Of a DNA stretch of 64,000 bases, positions 28,700 to 37,401 are shown one piece after another. Source of the DNA: an uncultured cyanobacterium (GTDB lineage Bacteria > Cyanobacteriota > Cyanobacteriia > CAKZMO01); NCBI GenBank assembly GCA_963719515.1, contig CAVRCJ010000003.1, forward strand, positions 320,001 to 384,000, in the 5' to 3' direction. The position numbers and the translations under genes are program-made. The notes under the pieces were generated by a model. That model was not told the origin of the DNA. It made no database searches and saw nothing but the letters and a program-made list of their open reading frames with translations. Positions within the stretch are counted from its first letter, which is position 1. Every line of letters starts with the position of its first letter.

Positions 28700-29419
28700 T
28701 TACTGATAGTAATAAGCCAAAGCAATGTGGAATATCAGCATCACGGCGAACATGCAGACGAAAAAAATATGGCTCACCAGCCAAAGCGATCGCAGCCTCC
28801 GAATCAGAGGGCCTTTGGTGAGCGGTACCGGGCTCCAGGGCAGCTTGCCAAAGTAGCTGCGGGTGGACTCTAAAATGCCGGTTTCAGCGACCACCCCTAC
28901 CAGCGCAGTCAAGGTCACGGCAAAGAACACCCACAGCAGCGCTGCATTAAAGTTAAGGCCGTTGGAGCCCAGGGTGTGGACCAGCACCATGGCCACCAGC
29001 GCTACGCCCAGGAAGATATGGACGCTGCGCCACAGCTGCATTGATCCCGGCAGCTTGAGGCGGCCAATCCAGCTGCGGCTGCGCTTGCGGATGCTGAGCA
29101 TGACCTCCAGCAGCACAAAGCCCAGCGCTGCGTAGCCGGTGCTCTGCTTGTATAGCTCTCCGCGAACAAACTGGTGCAAATCTACGGACTTTTCCCGTAG
29201 CCAGTCGAGGTAGAGGGTACTAAAGGCGAAGGGCAACAGCAGCAGCGCCGTCAACAGGGTTAGGCCAATAAGTATCTTGAGGCTGGGCTGAATACCCCTA
29301 CGGGCTGCTTTTGCCTTTAGCTGTGGATTAATTTCAGCCCCCACAGCGCTACCGGGAGCGGACGGTTCTAGCGCCGAGGTCTGGGGATTGAACGGAGAGG
29401 GGGAGTGAGGAGTGCTCAT
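28700..29419 (-). CDS. Integral membrane protein, putative di-heme cytochrome b (ferric-reductase-like TM)
   Basis: About 5 TM helices with paired His: WRSVHIFLG...LVHT and VSHIFF...IFHIALAYYY. Confidence 0.72.
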   Translation of the reverse strand: MSTPHSPSPFNPQTSALEPSAPGSAVGAEINPQLKAKAARRGIQPSLKILIGLTLLTALLLLPFAFSTLYLDWLREKSVDLHQFVRGELYKQSTGYAALGFVLLEVMLSIRKRSRSWIGRLKLPGSMQLWRSVHIFLGVALVAMVLVHTLGSNGLNFNAALLWVFFAVTLTALVGVVAETGILESTRSYFGKLPWSPVPLTKGPLIRRLRSLWLVSHIFFVCMFAVMLIFHIALAYYYQ

Positions 29420-29538
29420 GAAAATTAAGAAGGGGTCGGCTGAACGCGTAGCCTGCGCGAGAGTTTCTAGCTGAGCTGCCGAGAGGGCGATCGGACATGT
29501 TTAGCGGCTTTGGAGAAGAGGCAATATGTCTTGGTCTT

Positions 29539-29612
29539 ACCCCCCTCAGTCCCCCCTTGGTAAGGGGGGAAGCGTAATTCTCCCCCTTACCAAGGGGGAG
29601 TTAGAGGGGGTC
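29539..29612. repeat. Cyanobacterial poly-C/poly-G double-hairpin intergenic repeat
   Basis: CCCCCCTTGGTAAGGGGGGA...TCCCCCTTACCAAGGGGGAG inside outer ACCCCC...GGGGGT; related element at 61129-61165. Confidence 0.75.
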
Positions 29613-29684
29613 TTCCGAGGTGCTAAGCACATGCGGGCGATCGCCCTCCCGGCAGGAACTACCGATGGCCTGTGATTTCGGCCA

Positions 29685-30368
29685 TTAAGCGCCCTCTAGG
29701 GGAATATTGATCACAACGCCGCCCATCACTTCATCCATCTCGAACATCTTGTCGGGGTAGCGCTCTAGGTGGACGGGGTGGGTATTGTGGCAGGTCACGC
29801 AGGCCTCAGCGACGGCCTTGTCGGGATACATGGCGGAGAAGTAGGTCTGGCCGCCGATTTCCTGGTATTCCTTAACGGATTCGCCCGTGTCGATCATCGT
29901 TTGGACGGCAGCTTCCTCAAACTCGCCTTTGGGGGCGTGGCTGTCGTTGAGGTACCAAGGGGAAATCAGGTTGTAGGTGAAGTAGCCCGACTCATTGGCA
30001 ATCTCAGAGCCGAGGCGGAACATCTGCGCCGGGAGGGGAATGCCGTCGGCCTGCTGCCAGGTCTCGGTGGACTCAACCTCAAGCACGCCCGCATCTTTGG
30101 CCTTGCCCTCTAGGGTCTTAACTCGGTTGACTACGTGCTTAGTGTAGGCGGTGCGGTCAGCCGCCAAGACGGTGTGGATGTAGTCGGCCACTAGCTCAGG
30201 GGCGACGCCAGCGGAGGCCTCAGTGGTAGCGGTGCCGCCGCCGCCGCCGCTACAGGAGATCGCCGTGACGGCAACGGCCAAGATGATGGCAATGAACGCC
30301 ACCGTTCGGGTGCGGATAGCACTGATCCAGTTCTCTAGCATTGTCATGGTTGTGTCCTTAGGGTTCAA
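29685..30368 (-). CDS. DUF3365/Tll0287-like monoheme c-type cytochrome lipoprotein
   Basis: Lipobox AISC; PLPAQMFR; AVAEACVTCHN; DEVMGGVVINIP. Confidence 0.85.
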   Translation of the reverse strand: MNPKDTTMTMLENWISAIRTRTVAFIAIILAVAVTAISCSGGGGGTATTEASAGVAPELVADYIHTVLAADRTAYTKHVVNRVKTLEGKAKDAGVLEVESTETWQQADGIPLPAQMFRLGSEIANESGYFTYNLISPWYLNDSHAPKGEFEEAAVQTMIDTGESVKEYQEIGGQTYFSAMYPDKAVAEACVTCHNTHPVHLERYPDKMFEMDEVMGGVVINIPLEGA

Positions 30369-30476
30369 TACGTGCGTTAGATGCGCTGCGAGAGCGTTTA
30401 ACGAGGCTTCCAGAATACAAAACGGAGAAGCCCCGAGAGCGAAAAGTTCGTCTGAGCGAACGCGGGATTTGACGGT

Positions 30477-31286
30477 CTAGTCGCTGCTCCCTTCGTCACC
30501 TTGTCCGACCCGCCGCTCTTCCAGGGCACGCACTAGGTCAAAGGTTTCTAGGGAGAGGGTAGGCGGCTCATCGAAGTTGGCCTCCACCAGGTCGTCGTCA
30601 AAAATACTGTTGTAGCTATACTCCACGCCGTGGCAGTTCATGCACACCTCTCCCACCATGCGATCGCGGGGCAGCAGGGTATAGGTATTGTTGTGGTTCA
30701 CCAGGGTCACAGTCTCGCCACCTTCCACCTCATGGCGCGGCAGGTGGCAGGTAGCGCAGCTTACCGCACTGCCGGAGGGACGCGGTAGCGCTAGGTCGGC
30801 GGCGAACAGCTGGGCGTGCTGGGAGTTTTCGTAGTTGAGGGAGTGGGTGTCGTTGTGACAGGTGAGGCAGGAGTCGACGGCGGCCTGAACGGTGTTGACT
30901 GAGTGGGCGTCGTGGCAAGTGCTGCAGGTCATCTGCATGTCGTGGGCGACGGTCTTCATCGGCAGCCGCGCCATGGCGGGCCTTAGGGGCGACTCATCTT
31001 CCAGCAAGCGAATGCCGTGCTTCCCCAGCAGGAAGGTATCCACCGCCTGCTCGTGGCAGGACTGGCAGCTTTCGTAGGTGGGGTTGGCGACAAACGCCTG
31101 GGTTTCTTCGTCTTGGTGGCAGCTAGAGCAGTTGATGTCGTTGAGGGCGTGGGCGCTGGTTTCCCAGAGCTGGGTGGTTTCCTTGACCAGAGCCTGGTCG
31201 ACATCGCCCCAGGCTGGCGCGGCCCAGCCAAGCAGCAGCGCCAGGGCCAGTAGCCAAGACATCACAGACTTCCTATTCAGCGTCAT
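30477..31286 (-). CDS. Hexaheme c-type cytochrome, exported
   Basis: Signal peptide (AAPAWG); CSSCH, CQSCH, CSTCH, CLTCH, CATCH, CMNCH. Confidence 0.93.
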   Translation of the reverse strand: MTLNRKSVMSWLLALALLLGWAAPAWGDVDQALVKETTQLWETSAHALNDINCSSCHQDEETQAFVANPTYESCQSCHEQAVDTFLLGKHGIRLLEDESPLRPAMARLPMKTVAHDMQMTCSTCHDAHSVNTVQAAVDSCLTCHNDTHSLNYENSQHAQLFAADLALPRPSGSAVSCATCHLPRHEVEGGETVTLVNHNNTYTLLPRDRMVGEVCMNCHGVEYSYNSIFDDDLVEANFDEPPTLSLETFDLVRALEERRVGQGDEGSSD

Positions 31287-31960
31287 GACTTACCCCCCAG
31301 AAACGCCTTACCCAAGTCCGCTGCTGGGGCCGATTTCAGCTCTGTCGTCACCACTCGTTCTGGCACGACCTGCACCGGCAGCATGGGGGGCTGGTCGAGG
31401 TTTTTCCTCAGGAACCCTGTAGAAATTGTGCGGTGGTCGTGGTAGTTGTGGCACCCGGCGGTCCAGCAGCCGTCTGGCGTAAACCCGTCGTGGCTTTTGA
31501 GGTCGCCCGCGGCGATGCCTTCGTGACAGGCCATGCAGAGGTCAGGCTGCAGGTGAACGCCGCGACCAAACATATGCACGTGCTCGTTGTGGCAAGTGGT
31601 GCAGGTGAGGGCCTCAATCTTGGCCAGCTCCCCTGCCCAGCGCGGGTCTCGAAACTTTTGAGCCCCGTGAACATCCTCGGCTAGCTCGGCCTCGTGGCAG
31701 CGCATGCAGGTGTCGTTGCTGACGGGCTTAAACCCTTCGTGGCAAGAGGCGCAGGAGCCTTCAATAAGGTAGTGGCCTACGGAGGTCTCCCCGGGCAGAA
31801 ACGCCTGCTTGTTGTCTAGGGCAAATGCCGCCGAAAACCAGCCCACCAGAAGAATGCAGGCGATCGCGATCGCCGTCCTCAGGCTGATAAGCCGACTTAT
31901 ACCGCTAGCTTGCGATCGCTGCCGCTTGGGTGGCCTATTAGGTCTACCTCGAGATGCCAT
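31283..31960 (-). CDS. Pentaheme c-type cytochrome (c3-like) with one CX4CH motif
   Basis: N-terminal hydrophobic helix; CASCH, CMRCH, CTTCH, CMACH, CWTAGCH; ATGA overlap with the hexaheme gene. Confidence 0.92.
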   Translation of the reverse strand: MASRGRPNRPPKRQRSQASGISRLISLRTAIAIACILLVGWFSAAFALDNKQAFLPGETSVGHYLIEGSCASCHEGFKPVSNDTCMRCHEAELAEDVHGAQKFRDPRWAGELAKIEALTCTTCHNEHVHMFGRGVHLQPDLCMACHEGIAAGDLKSHDGFTPDGCWTAGCHNYHDHRTISTGFLRKNLDQPPMLPVQVVPERVVTTELKSAPAADLGKAFLGGKS

Positions 31961-32000
31961 GACTCTAGGACGTTCCTCCCAATGAAATTAAAGCGGTGGG

Positions 32001-33076
32001 CTAAAGCAGCAGCAGAATGATGAGTAAAACTGCGCCACCACCAATTACCCCCCCCAGCAGCGGACCAGGCTTGAGGCCGTCTTCAGCGGTTGGGGCTGGT
32101 GCTTCAGAAGCAACGGGCTGGGCGACGGGCTCCGCCACTGGCTCCAGCTGCACAGACTCAGGAGAATAGTCAGCGCCCTCTAGCATCACCTCAGTGATCA
32201 ACCCGTAGGCGTCAACCCAAGCCTGCTTGACCTCCGGCGTCCAGTCTTCCTTGAGGTATTGCTCAAAGGTTTTGAGGAGGCTGTTGCCCACCAGGGGATA
32301 ATGATCCGGCAGCGCGCCATACTTGACGTGGCGAGCCCCCAAGCCTTTGAGGGCACCGGTCAATTCGCCGGGTTGACGCAGGTTCTCGACCACAAGACCA
32401 AAGAAGCCAAAAGCATCTCGCTCTGCTTGGCCATGTTGGTATGCGCAAATAGCGGCTTGGCTGCCGGATAGTCCGTAAACAGATTGTCGTAGAAGCTTGT
32501 CGCAAATTCATCGGCGTGGGACTTTACTTTCTCAAAGCTCTGCTCCAGCATGGCGACTTTTAGGCCGGTCGCCTTATCCACCTCGTTGACATCCACGGCG
32601 AGGTCAGATTCTGGCGGCTCAAGCGTCACCTCTTCTGCGGCTGTAGTCGGCCCCTTCTAGCATCATCTCGGTAATTACACCGTAGGCGTCCATCCAGGCC
32701 TGCTTTGTCTCAGGGGTCCAATCAGTCCAAGGTATTGGTCAAAGGTTTTAAGGAGGAGTTACCGACCAAAGGATAGTGGGCTGGTAGCGCGCCGTACTTA
32801 ACGTGGCGAGCCCCTAGCCCCTCAAGGGCGCCAGTCAGCTCGCCAGGGTGGCGTAGGTTCTCGACCACAAGACCGAAAGACGCCAAAAGCTTTTTGCTCT
32901 GCTTATCACATCGGTTGCGCAAACAGCGGTTGTGCCGCTGGATAGTCTGCGAACAAGTTCTCGTAGAAGCTTTCGCAAAGTCATTGGCATGGGGCTTTAC
33001 TTTTTCGAAGCTTCTCTCCAGCAGCTCGACCTTTAGCGCCGAATCTTTGTTAATGATTTCAACGTTATGAAGCCAT
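32001..33076 (-). pseudogene. Tandem di-globin with a C-terminal membrane anchor; multiply frameshifted as assembled, possibly intact in vivo
   Basis: Joining frames gives two near-identical globins (SFEKVK..SFY.NLF..VVENLR.PGELTGAL.GLGARHVKYGALP.HYPLVG..W.DAYG..MLEGADYS), then a Pro/Ala linker and a GGVIGGGAVLLIILLLL tail. Confidence 0.85.
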
Positions 33077-33659
33077 TGGTATGCCTGTCCTGCAGTAGTG
33101 CAAGTTGAATTTTATAGTGAGTGAAGGCGCAAAGGGGCATCTTCTCGATTCAATACATCGGTTGGCCAATCGCATCAGCTACTCGTAATGATTTCCTGAT
33201 ATCGACGCGCTTGAAGAGACCTTAGGAAATCAGTTAGTCCTCGACTGCCAATCTTGACTACCAAATGCCTGGTAAGACGACATCTATGAAGACAGCCAAG
33301 CAAGCTCGATCCAGTATTGCTTCAGCGGGGCACTCGAAAGCTTTTAGCTCGTCGTTACATGGCAGCAAAAGCTGCGCGACGCAAACCTGACGCATAGAGA
33401 ACCGATAACCTGCACGATTTTGTCAAACAAAGCACATTTCGAGAATTTAAATTTCCGAATTTTGCATCGCTTTATGCGTTTTTCGCATTGCAAGTCCGCC
33501 AGCGCGATCGCGTGAAACTGTTATGCAAATTGCGTACTGAATTAAAACCACATTTTGCATAAGAATGTGCTTGGCTTTGTATCAAATACTGCAAATATTT
33601 CTAAGCGAAAACCCATAAAAGTTGAATAGATGAACTCTGACCACTCTGTAGAAATATCC

Positions 33660-35492
33660 ATGCCGTCTAAGGCCGTTCGTTTTTTAGGCTCAATTCGCTT
33701 AGCGGTGCCGCTGATTGGCGGCGATCGCACTCATATTAATTGGAGCCACGTTTTACGAGTCCAGCGTCGGCTCTGCCACCGTTCAGCGCGAAATCTACAA
33801 AAGCGCCTGGTTTGGCGGGCTGATGTTTTTGCTGGCGGTCAACTTAGGGGTCTCTACCCTCAGCCGCTATCCCTGGCGAGGCGCGCGCAAAGTTGGATTT
33901 GCGATCACCCACTGTGGCCTAATCATCATCATTGCCGGGTCTGCCGCCGTCATTCACCTCAGCACCGAGGGCATGCTGCTGGTGCGTACCGACAGCGGCC
34001 CCGGGAACCAAATCCGCGTGGAGGGTGACCTATTGGAGGTGGTATCGCCAGACCAAAAGCGCCAGCAAACCGATATTTTTGTCAAGCCGGACGGCTCAGT
34101 CTACCCCGCTCAGTTTGCCGGACTCTCGATGCTGGGCTACAGCGACAGCGCCATCAAAACCGTGAGCTTCGTTGAGGGGGATAGCGATAAAGACCCAGCC
34201 GCGAAAATTTGGCGGTCAAGCTGCAGCTGCGCAGCGATCGCATGGGTCAGACCCTAGAGCGGTGGCTGGCGACGGCTCCCATGGGCTATGGCCAAATGGA
34301 CATCGGTCCGGCGCATTTGGAGCTACGGCAGGCGATGGATGAGGGCGTACTCGCGCAGTTTCTCAGCCCCCCGTCGTCTCAGTCCGCCTACGGAACGCTG
34401 ACGCTGGGCGATCGCACCGTCGATATCGAAAAAGTGCTGGGCCGCTCGGTTTCCCTGAAAAAAGGGGTGAGCGCTGAAATCGTCGACGTCTGGCCCGACT
34501 TTCGGCTGACGGCGGGCAAACCGACCTCGGCCTCCAAAGCCTTCCGTAACCCAGCGGTGCAGGTGAATGTGGCCCAAGGTGATATCCAAGAGCGCTGGTT
34601 TGTGTTCGCAAAGCCGGGCTTGCCTCCGGTACGCTCCGGAAATTCCATCGCCCTAGAGGCCACCTACACCGCGCCGGAGACCACGGCGTCCGATTACTTC
34701 CGCGTTGTGGCCGCTCCTGGGGGGCAGCTGTTTTACGCGGCGCTCTCGTCCAAAGGCTTCAAGTCGGGTGAGCTGCACTCTGGTGAAGCGATCGCTCCTG
34801 GCTGGGCCGACTTTCGAATCTCGCTGGCCGAGCGTCTAGATCACGCTCAGGTGCAGCGGCAGGTAGTGCCCATGGCCCCAGTTGCCCCCGGCGCAGCCAG
34901 TAGCGAGGGATTTCCGGCCCTGCAGGTGGCTGCTGAGGGACGGAAGGCCTGGCTCCCCTGGGGCGAGCCCATGGCCCTCGATACGCCCGGCGGCGAATAC
35001 TTCGCGGCCTTTACGCCCAAGCTGCTACAGCTTCCTTTCTACGTGAAGCTCGATGACTTTATCGTGGAGCGCAACGAAGGTAGCGAATCGGTGGCCATGT
35101 GGACCAGCAACATCACCCTGTTTGACCCCACGACCGACACCGCCGCCCACCGCTCGGTGTGGATGAACCACCCCACCTGGTTTCGCGGCTGGAAGCTGGC
35201 CCAGGCATCCTGGAATCCTGGCGACCTGAAGCAGTCTACCCTGCAGCTGAAGCGGGAGCCCTGGTGGGTAACGGCGCTAACCTGGATCGGGTCGCTGATG
35301 GTGGTGACTGGCGTGGGCACCATGTTCTACGGTCCGGCGCTGGTGAAGCGATCGCGGGGCCGCAAACCCGCACCCCAGCCCGGAACCCCGTCGCCCGAAA
35401 CACCTTCGCCCGAAACACCTTCGGGACAGGCCACGGAGGACGCGATCGCCGAACCGGCACCACAATTGGTTGGGGCGCAAACCCATCCGTGA
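33660..35492 (+). pseudogene. ccsB: ResB/CcsB-type cytochrome c biogenesis protein; two single-base frameshifts (~33717, ~34205), likely assembly errors
   Basis: FLGSIRLAV..IGATFYES, IYKSAWF, GFAITHCGLIIIIAG, MNHPTWFRGWKLAQAS across three ORFs. Confidence 0.82.
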
Positions 35493-35527
35493 ACCGCCCC
35501 GCCGTAAACGAACAATTTTGGACAACT

Positions 35528-37261
35528 ATGAACGGCTCTAACATCATTAAATTCTTGGTCGGTCTGTGTTTGGGCTGCGTCCTCCTACTGCTGCCCCTCA
35601 GCCAGTTCCAGCCCGACGGCCTTGAAAGCCTGCGCACCCTGGCCGTGCAGCTTGACGGGCGCAAAAAGCCCCTCGACACCGTTGCCAAAGAAACGATCGC
35701 TAAGATACATGGCTCGACGACCTATCGTCACGCGGACGGTGAAGCGATCGCCAAAGAGGGCTACCTCACCGCCTACCTCGGCATGTGGTTCAACACCCGC
35801 AACTGGAACGAAGAGCCCGTGGTGCTGGTCAGCTATCGACCCCTCAAAGAGGTGGCTGGCCTAGATTTAGAGCGTAAGCACTTCACCTTCCAGGAGCTGA
35901 TGACCAACCGGGAGCTAGGAGCGATCGTCGGGCAGGCTCACCAAAAGGAAGCCGAAGAGATAGACCTCAGCCGCGATGAGCGGGAGGCACTCTCCATCGA
36001 AGGTCGCCTGAACCTGCTGTACCAGGCCGTGGGAGATAAAAGCCTGCCCATTGTCCCGCATCCCAGCGAAATTAAGGGCAAATGGGCCGGTCTCAGCAGC
36101 TCGCCGCAGCTCTACGCACCAGAGGCGATCGCCCCGGTGATGGCCCAGTTTGCCGTGATGCAGCGGACCTTACTGAGCGGTGGCCTCACCCACCTGCCCA
36201 TGGTGGGGCCGCTGGCGGATAACCTCAAGGAAAGCCTGCAGCAGCTCAGCCCTGCGATTTATCCCACCGACGTGACGCTGGCGCGAGAGGTGCATTTCAA
36301 CCACTTTCACCCCTTTGCCAAGACCTGGTGGCTATACGGCCTGGCATTCATCGCCATGCTCGCCGCCCTATGGATAAAGCCCTGGAATCTCTACTGGAGC
36401 GCCATCGGCCTGTTCACGGCGGGCATTGCGGTACAGAGCTACGGCTTCTTTCTGCGCATGCAGATTGCCGGTCGGCCCCCGGTCACCAACATGTATGAAT
36501 CTGTAGTGTGGGTGGGCTTTGGCATCGCGGCGATCGCCCTGGCGTTTGAGCTCACCTCCCGCAGTCGCTACTACCTGCTGGCGGCGGCTCCCCTGGCCAT
36601 GGTCTGCCTCATCTTGGCCGACAGCCTGCCCGCCGTCCTCGATCCCAGCATCTCGCCCCTGGTGCCGGTGCTGCGGGACAATTTTTGGCTCAGCATCCAC
36701 GTGCCCACCATCGCCCTCAGCTACGCCAGCTTTGCCCTAGCCCTGGGGTTGGGACATGTCGCCCTGGGCAACTATCTATTTGCCCCGCAAGAGAAAAAGC
36801 GCATCAAAACCCTGTCTCAGCTCAACTACCGGGTGCTGCAGGTGGGGGTGCTGCTGCTGACGGCGGGCATTATCCTAGGCGGCATCTGGGCTCACTTCTC
36901 CTGGGGCCGCTTCTGGGGCTGGGATCCGAAGGAGACCTGGGCACTGATTGCCCTGCTCTGCTACCTGGCTCCGCTCCACAGCCGGCTGACGGGCTGGATG
37001 GGGGACTTTGGCATCAACGTGGCTAGCGTGGTGTCGTTTAACGCGGTGCTGATGGCTTGGTACGGGGTGAATTTTGTCCTGGGTACGGGATTGCACAGCT
37101 ACGGCTTTGGCACCGGAGGGTCGGCGCTGGTGATTGCCGGGGTGGTGGGTCTGGACCTGCTGTTTGTGGCGATCGCGGCGGTGCGGCATTACGGCTGGTT
37201 CAAGGGTCTGGGTGAATCCACGTCTGCGGTGCCTCCCGATGGCATCATTGTGGGAGATTAG
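35528..37261 (+). CDS. ccsA: CcsA/ResC cytochrome c synthase (System II), long form with a periplasmic domain
   Basis: GRKKPLDT, GRPPVTNMYES, LVPVLRDNFWLSIHV, WWD motif SWGRFWGWDPKETWA, GLHSYG. Confidence 0.94.
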   Translation: MNGSNIIKFLVGLCLGCVLLLLPLSQFQPDGLESLRTLAVQLDGRKKPLDTVAKETIAKIHGSTTYRHADGEAIAKEGYLTAYLGMWFNTRNWNEEPVVLVSYRPLKEVAGLDLERKHFTFQELMTNRELGAIVGQAHQKEAEEIDLSRDEREALSIEGRLNLLYQAVGDKSLPIVPHPSEIKGKWAGLSSSPQLYAPEAIAPVMAQFAVMQRTLLSGGLTHLPMVGPLADNLKESLQQLSPAIYPTDVTLAREVHFNHFHPFAKTWWLYGLAFIAMLAALWIKPWNLYWSAIGLFTAGIAVQSYGFFLRMQIAGRPPVTNMYESVVWVGFGIAAIALAFELTSRSRYYLLAAAPLAMVCLILADSLPAVLDPSISPLVPVLRDNFWLSIHVPTIALSYASFALALGLGHVALGNYLFAPQEKKRIKTLSQLNYRVLQVGVLLLTAGIILGGIWAHFSWGRFWGWDPKETWALIALLCYLAPLHSRLTGWMGDFGINVASVVSFNAVLMAWYGVNFVLGTGLHSYGFGTGGSALVIAGVVGLDLLFVAIAAVRHYGWFKGLGESTSAVPPDGIIVGD

Positions 37262-37277
37262 GCTGTATCGGCATACT

Positions 37278-37381
37278 GTAGGTTGGGTTGAATTTATGAA
37301 ACCCAACGTCACCATTGATATTGTTGGGTTACGCTAGCGCTTTTTAGCGAAGCCATGCCCGAAGGGCTATACCCAACCTAC
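37278..37381. repeat. GTAG-type REP doublet (REPIN-like) with a nested SDR-like insert
   Basis: Terminal IR GTAGGTTGGGT...ACCCAACCTAC; internal AACCCAAC/GTTGGGTT; insert AGCGAAGCCATGCCCGAAGGGCTATA. Confidence 0.75.
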
Positions 37382-37401
37382 GATTTTTGAGGAATGAACC
37401 T

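Noticed and set aside
30477..31960. Calling the cytochromes NrfA or HAO
   Set aside because: No CxxCK motif, and heme counts and sizes do not match NrfA or octaheme HAO. Function left open.
35159..35527. Long N-terminal extensions in the ORF track (ccsA; also proA 7253-7555, mutL 39628-39855, globin 28560-28784, ybjQ 13822-13977)
   Set aside because: Most overlap neighbouring genes and all precede the conserved domain start, so downstream starts were chosen.
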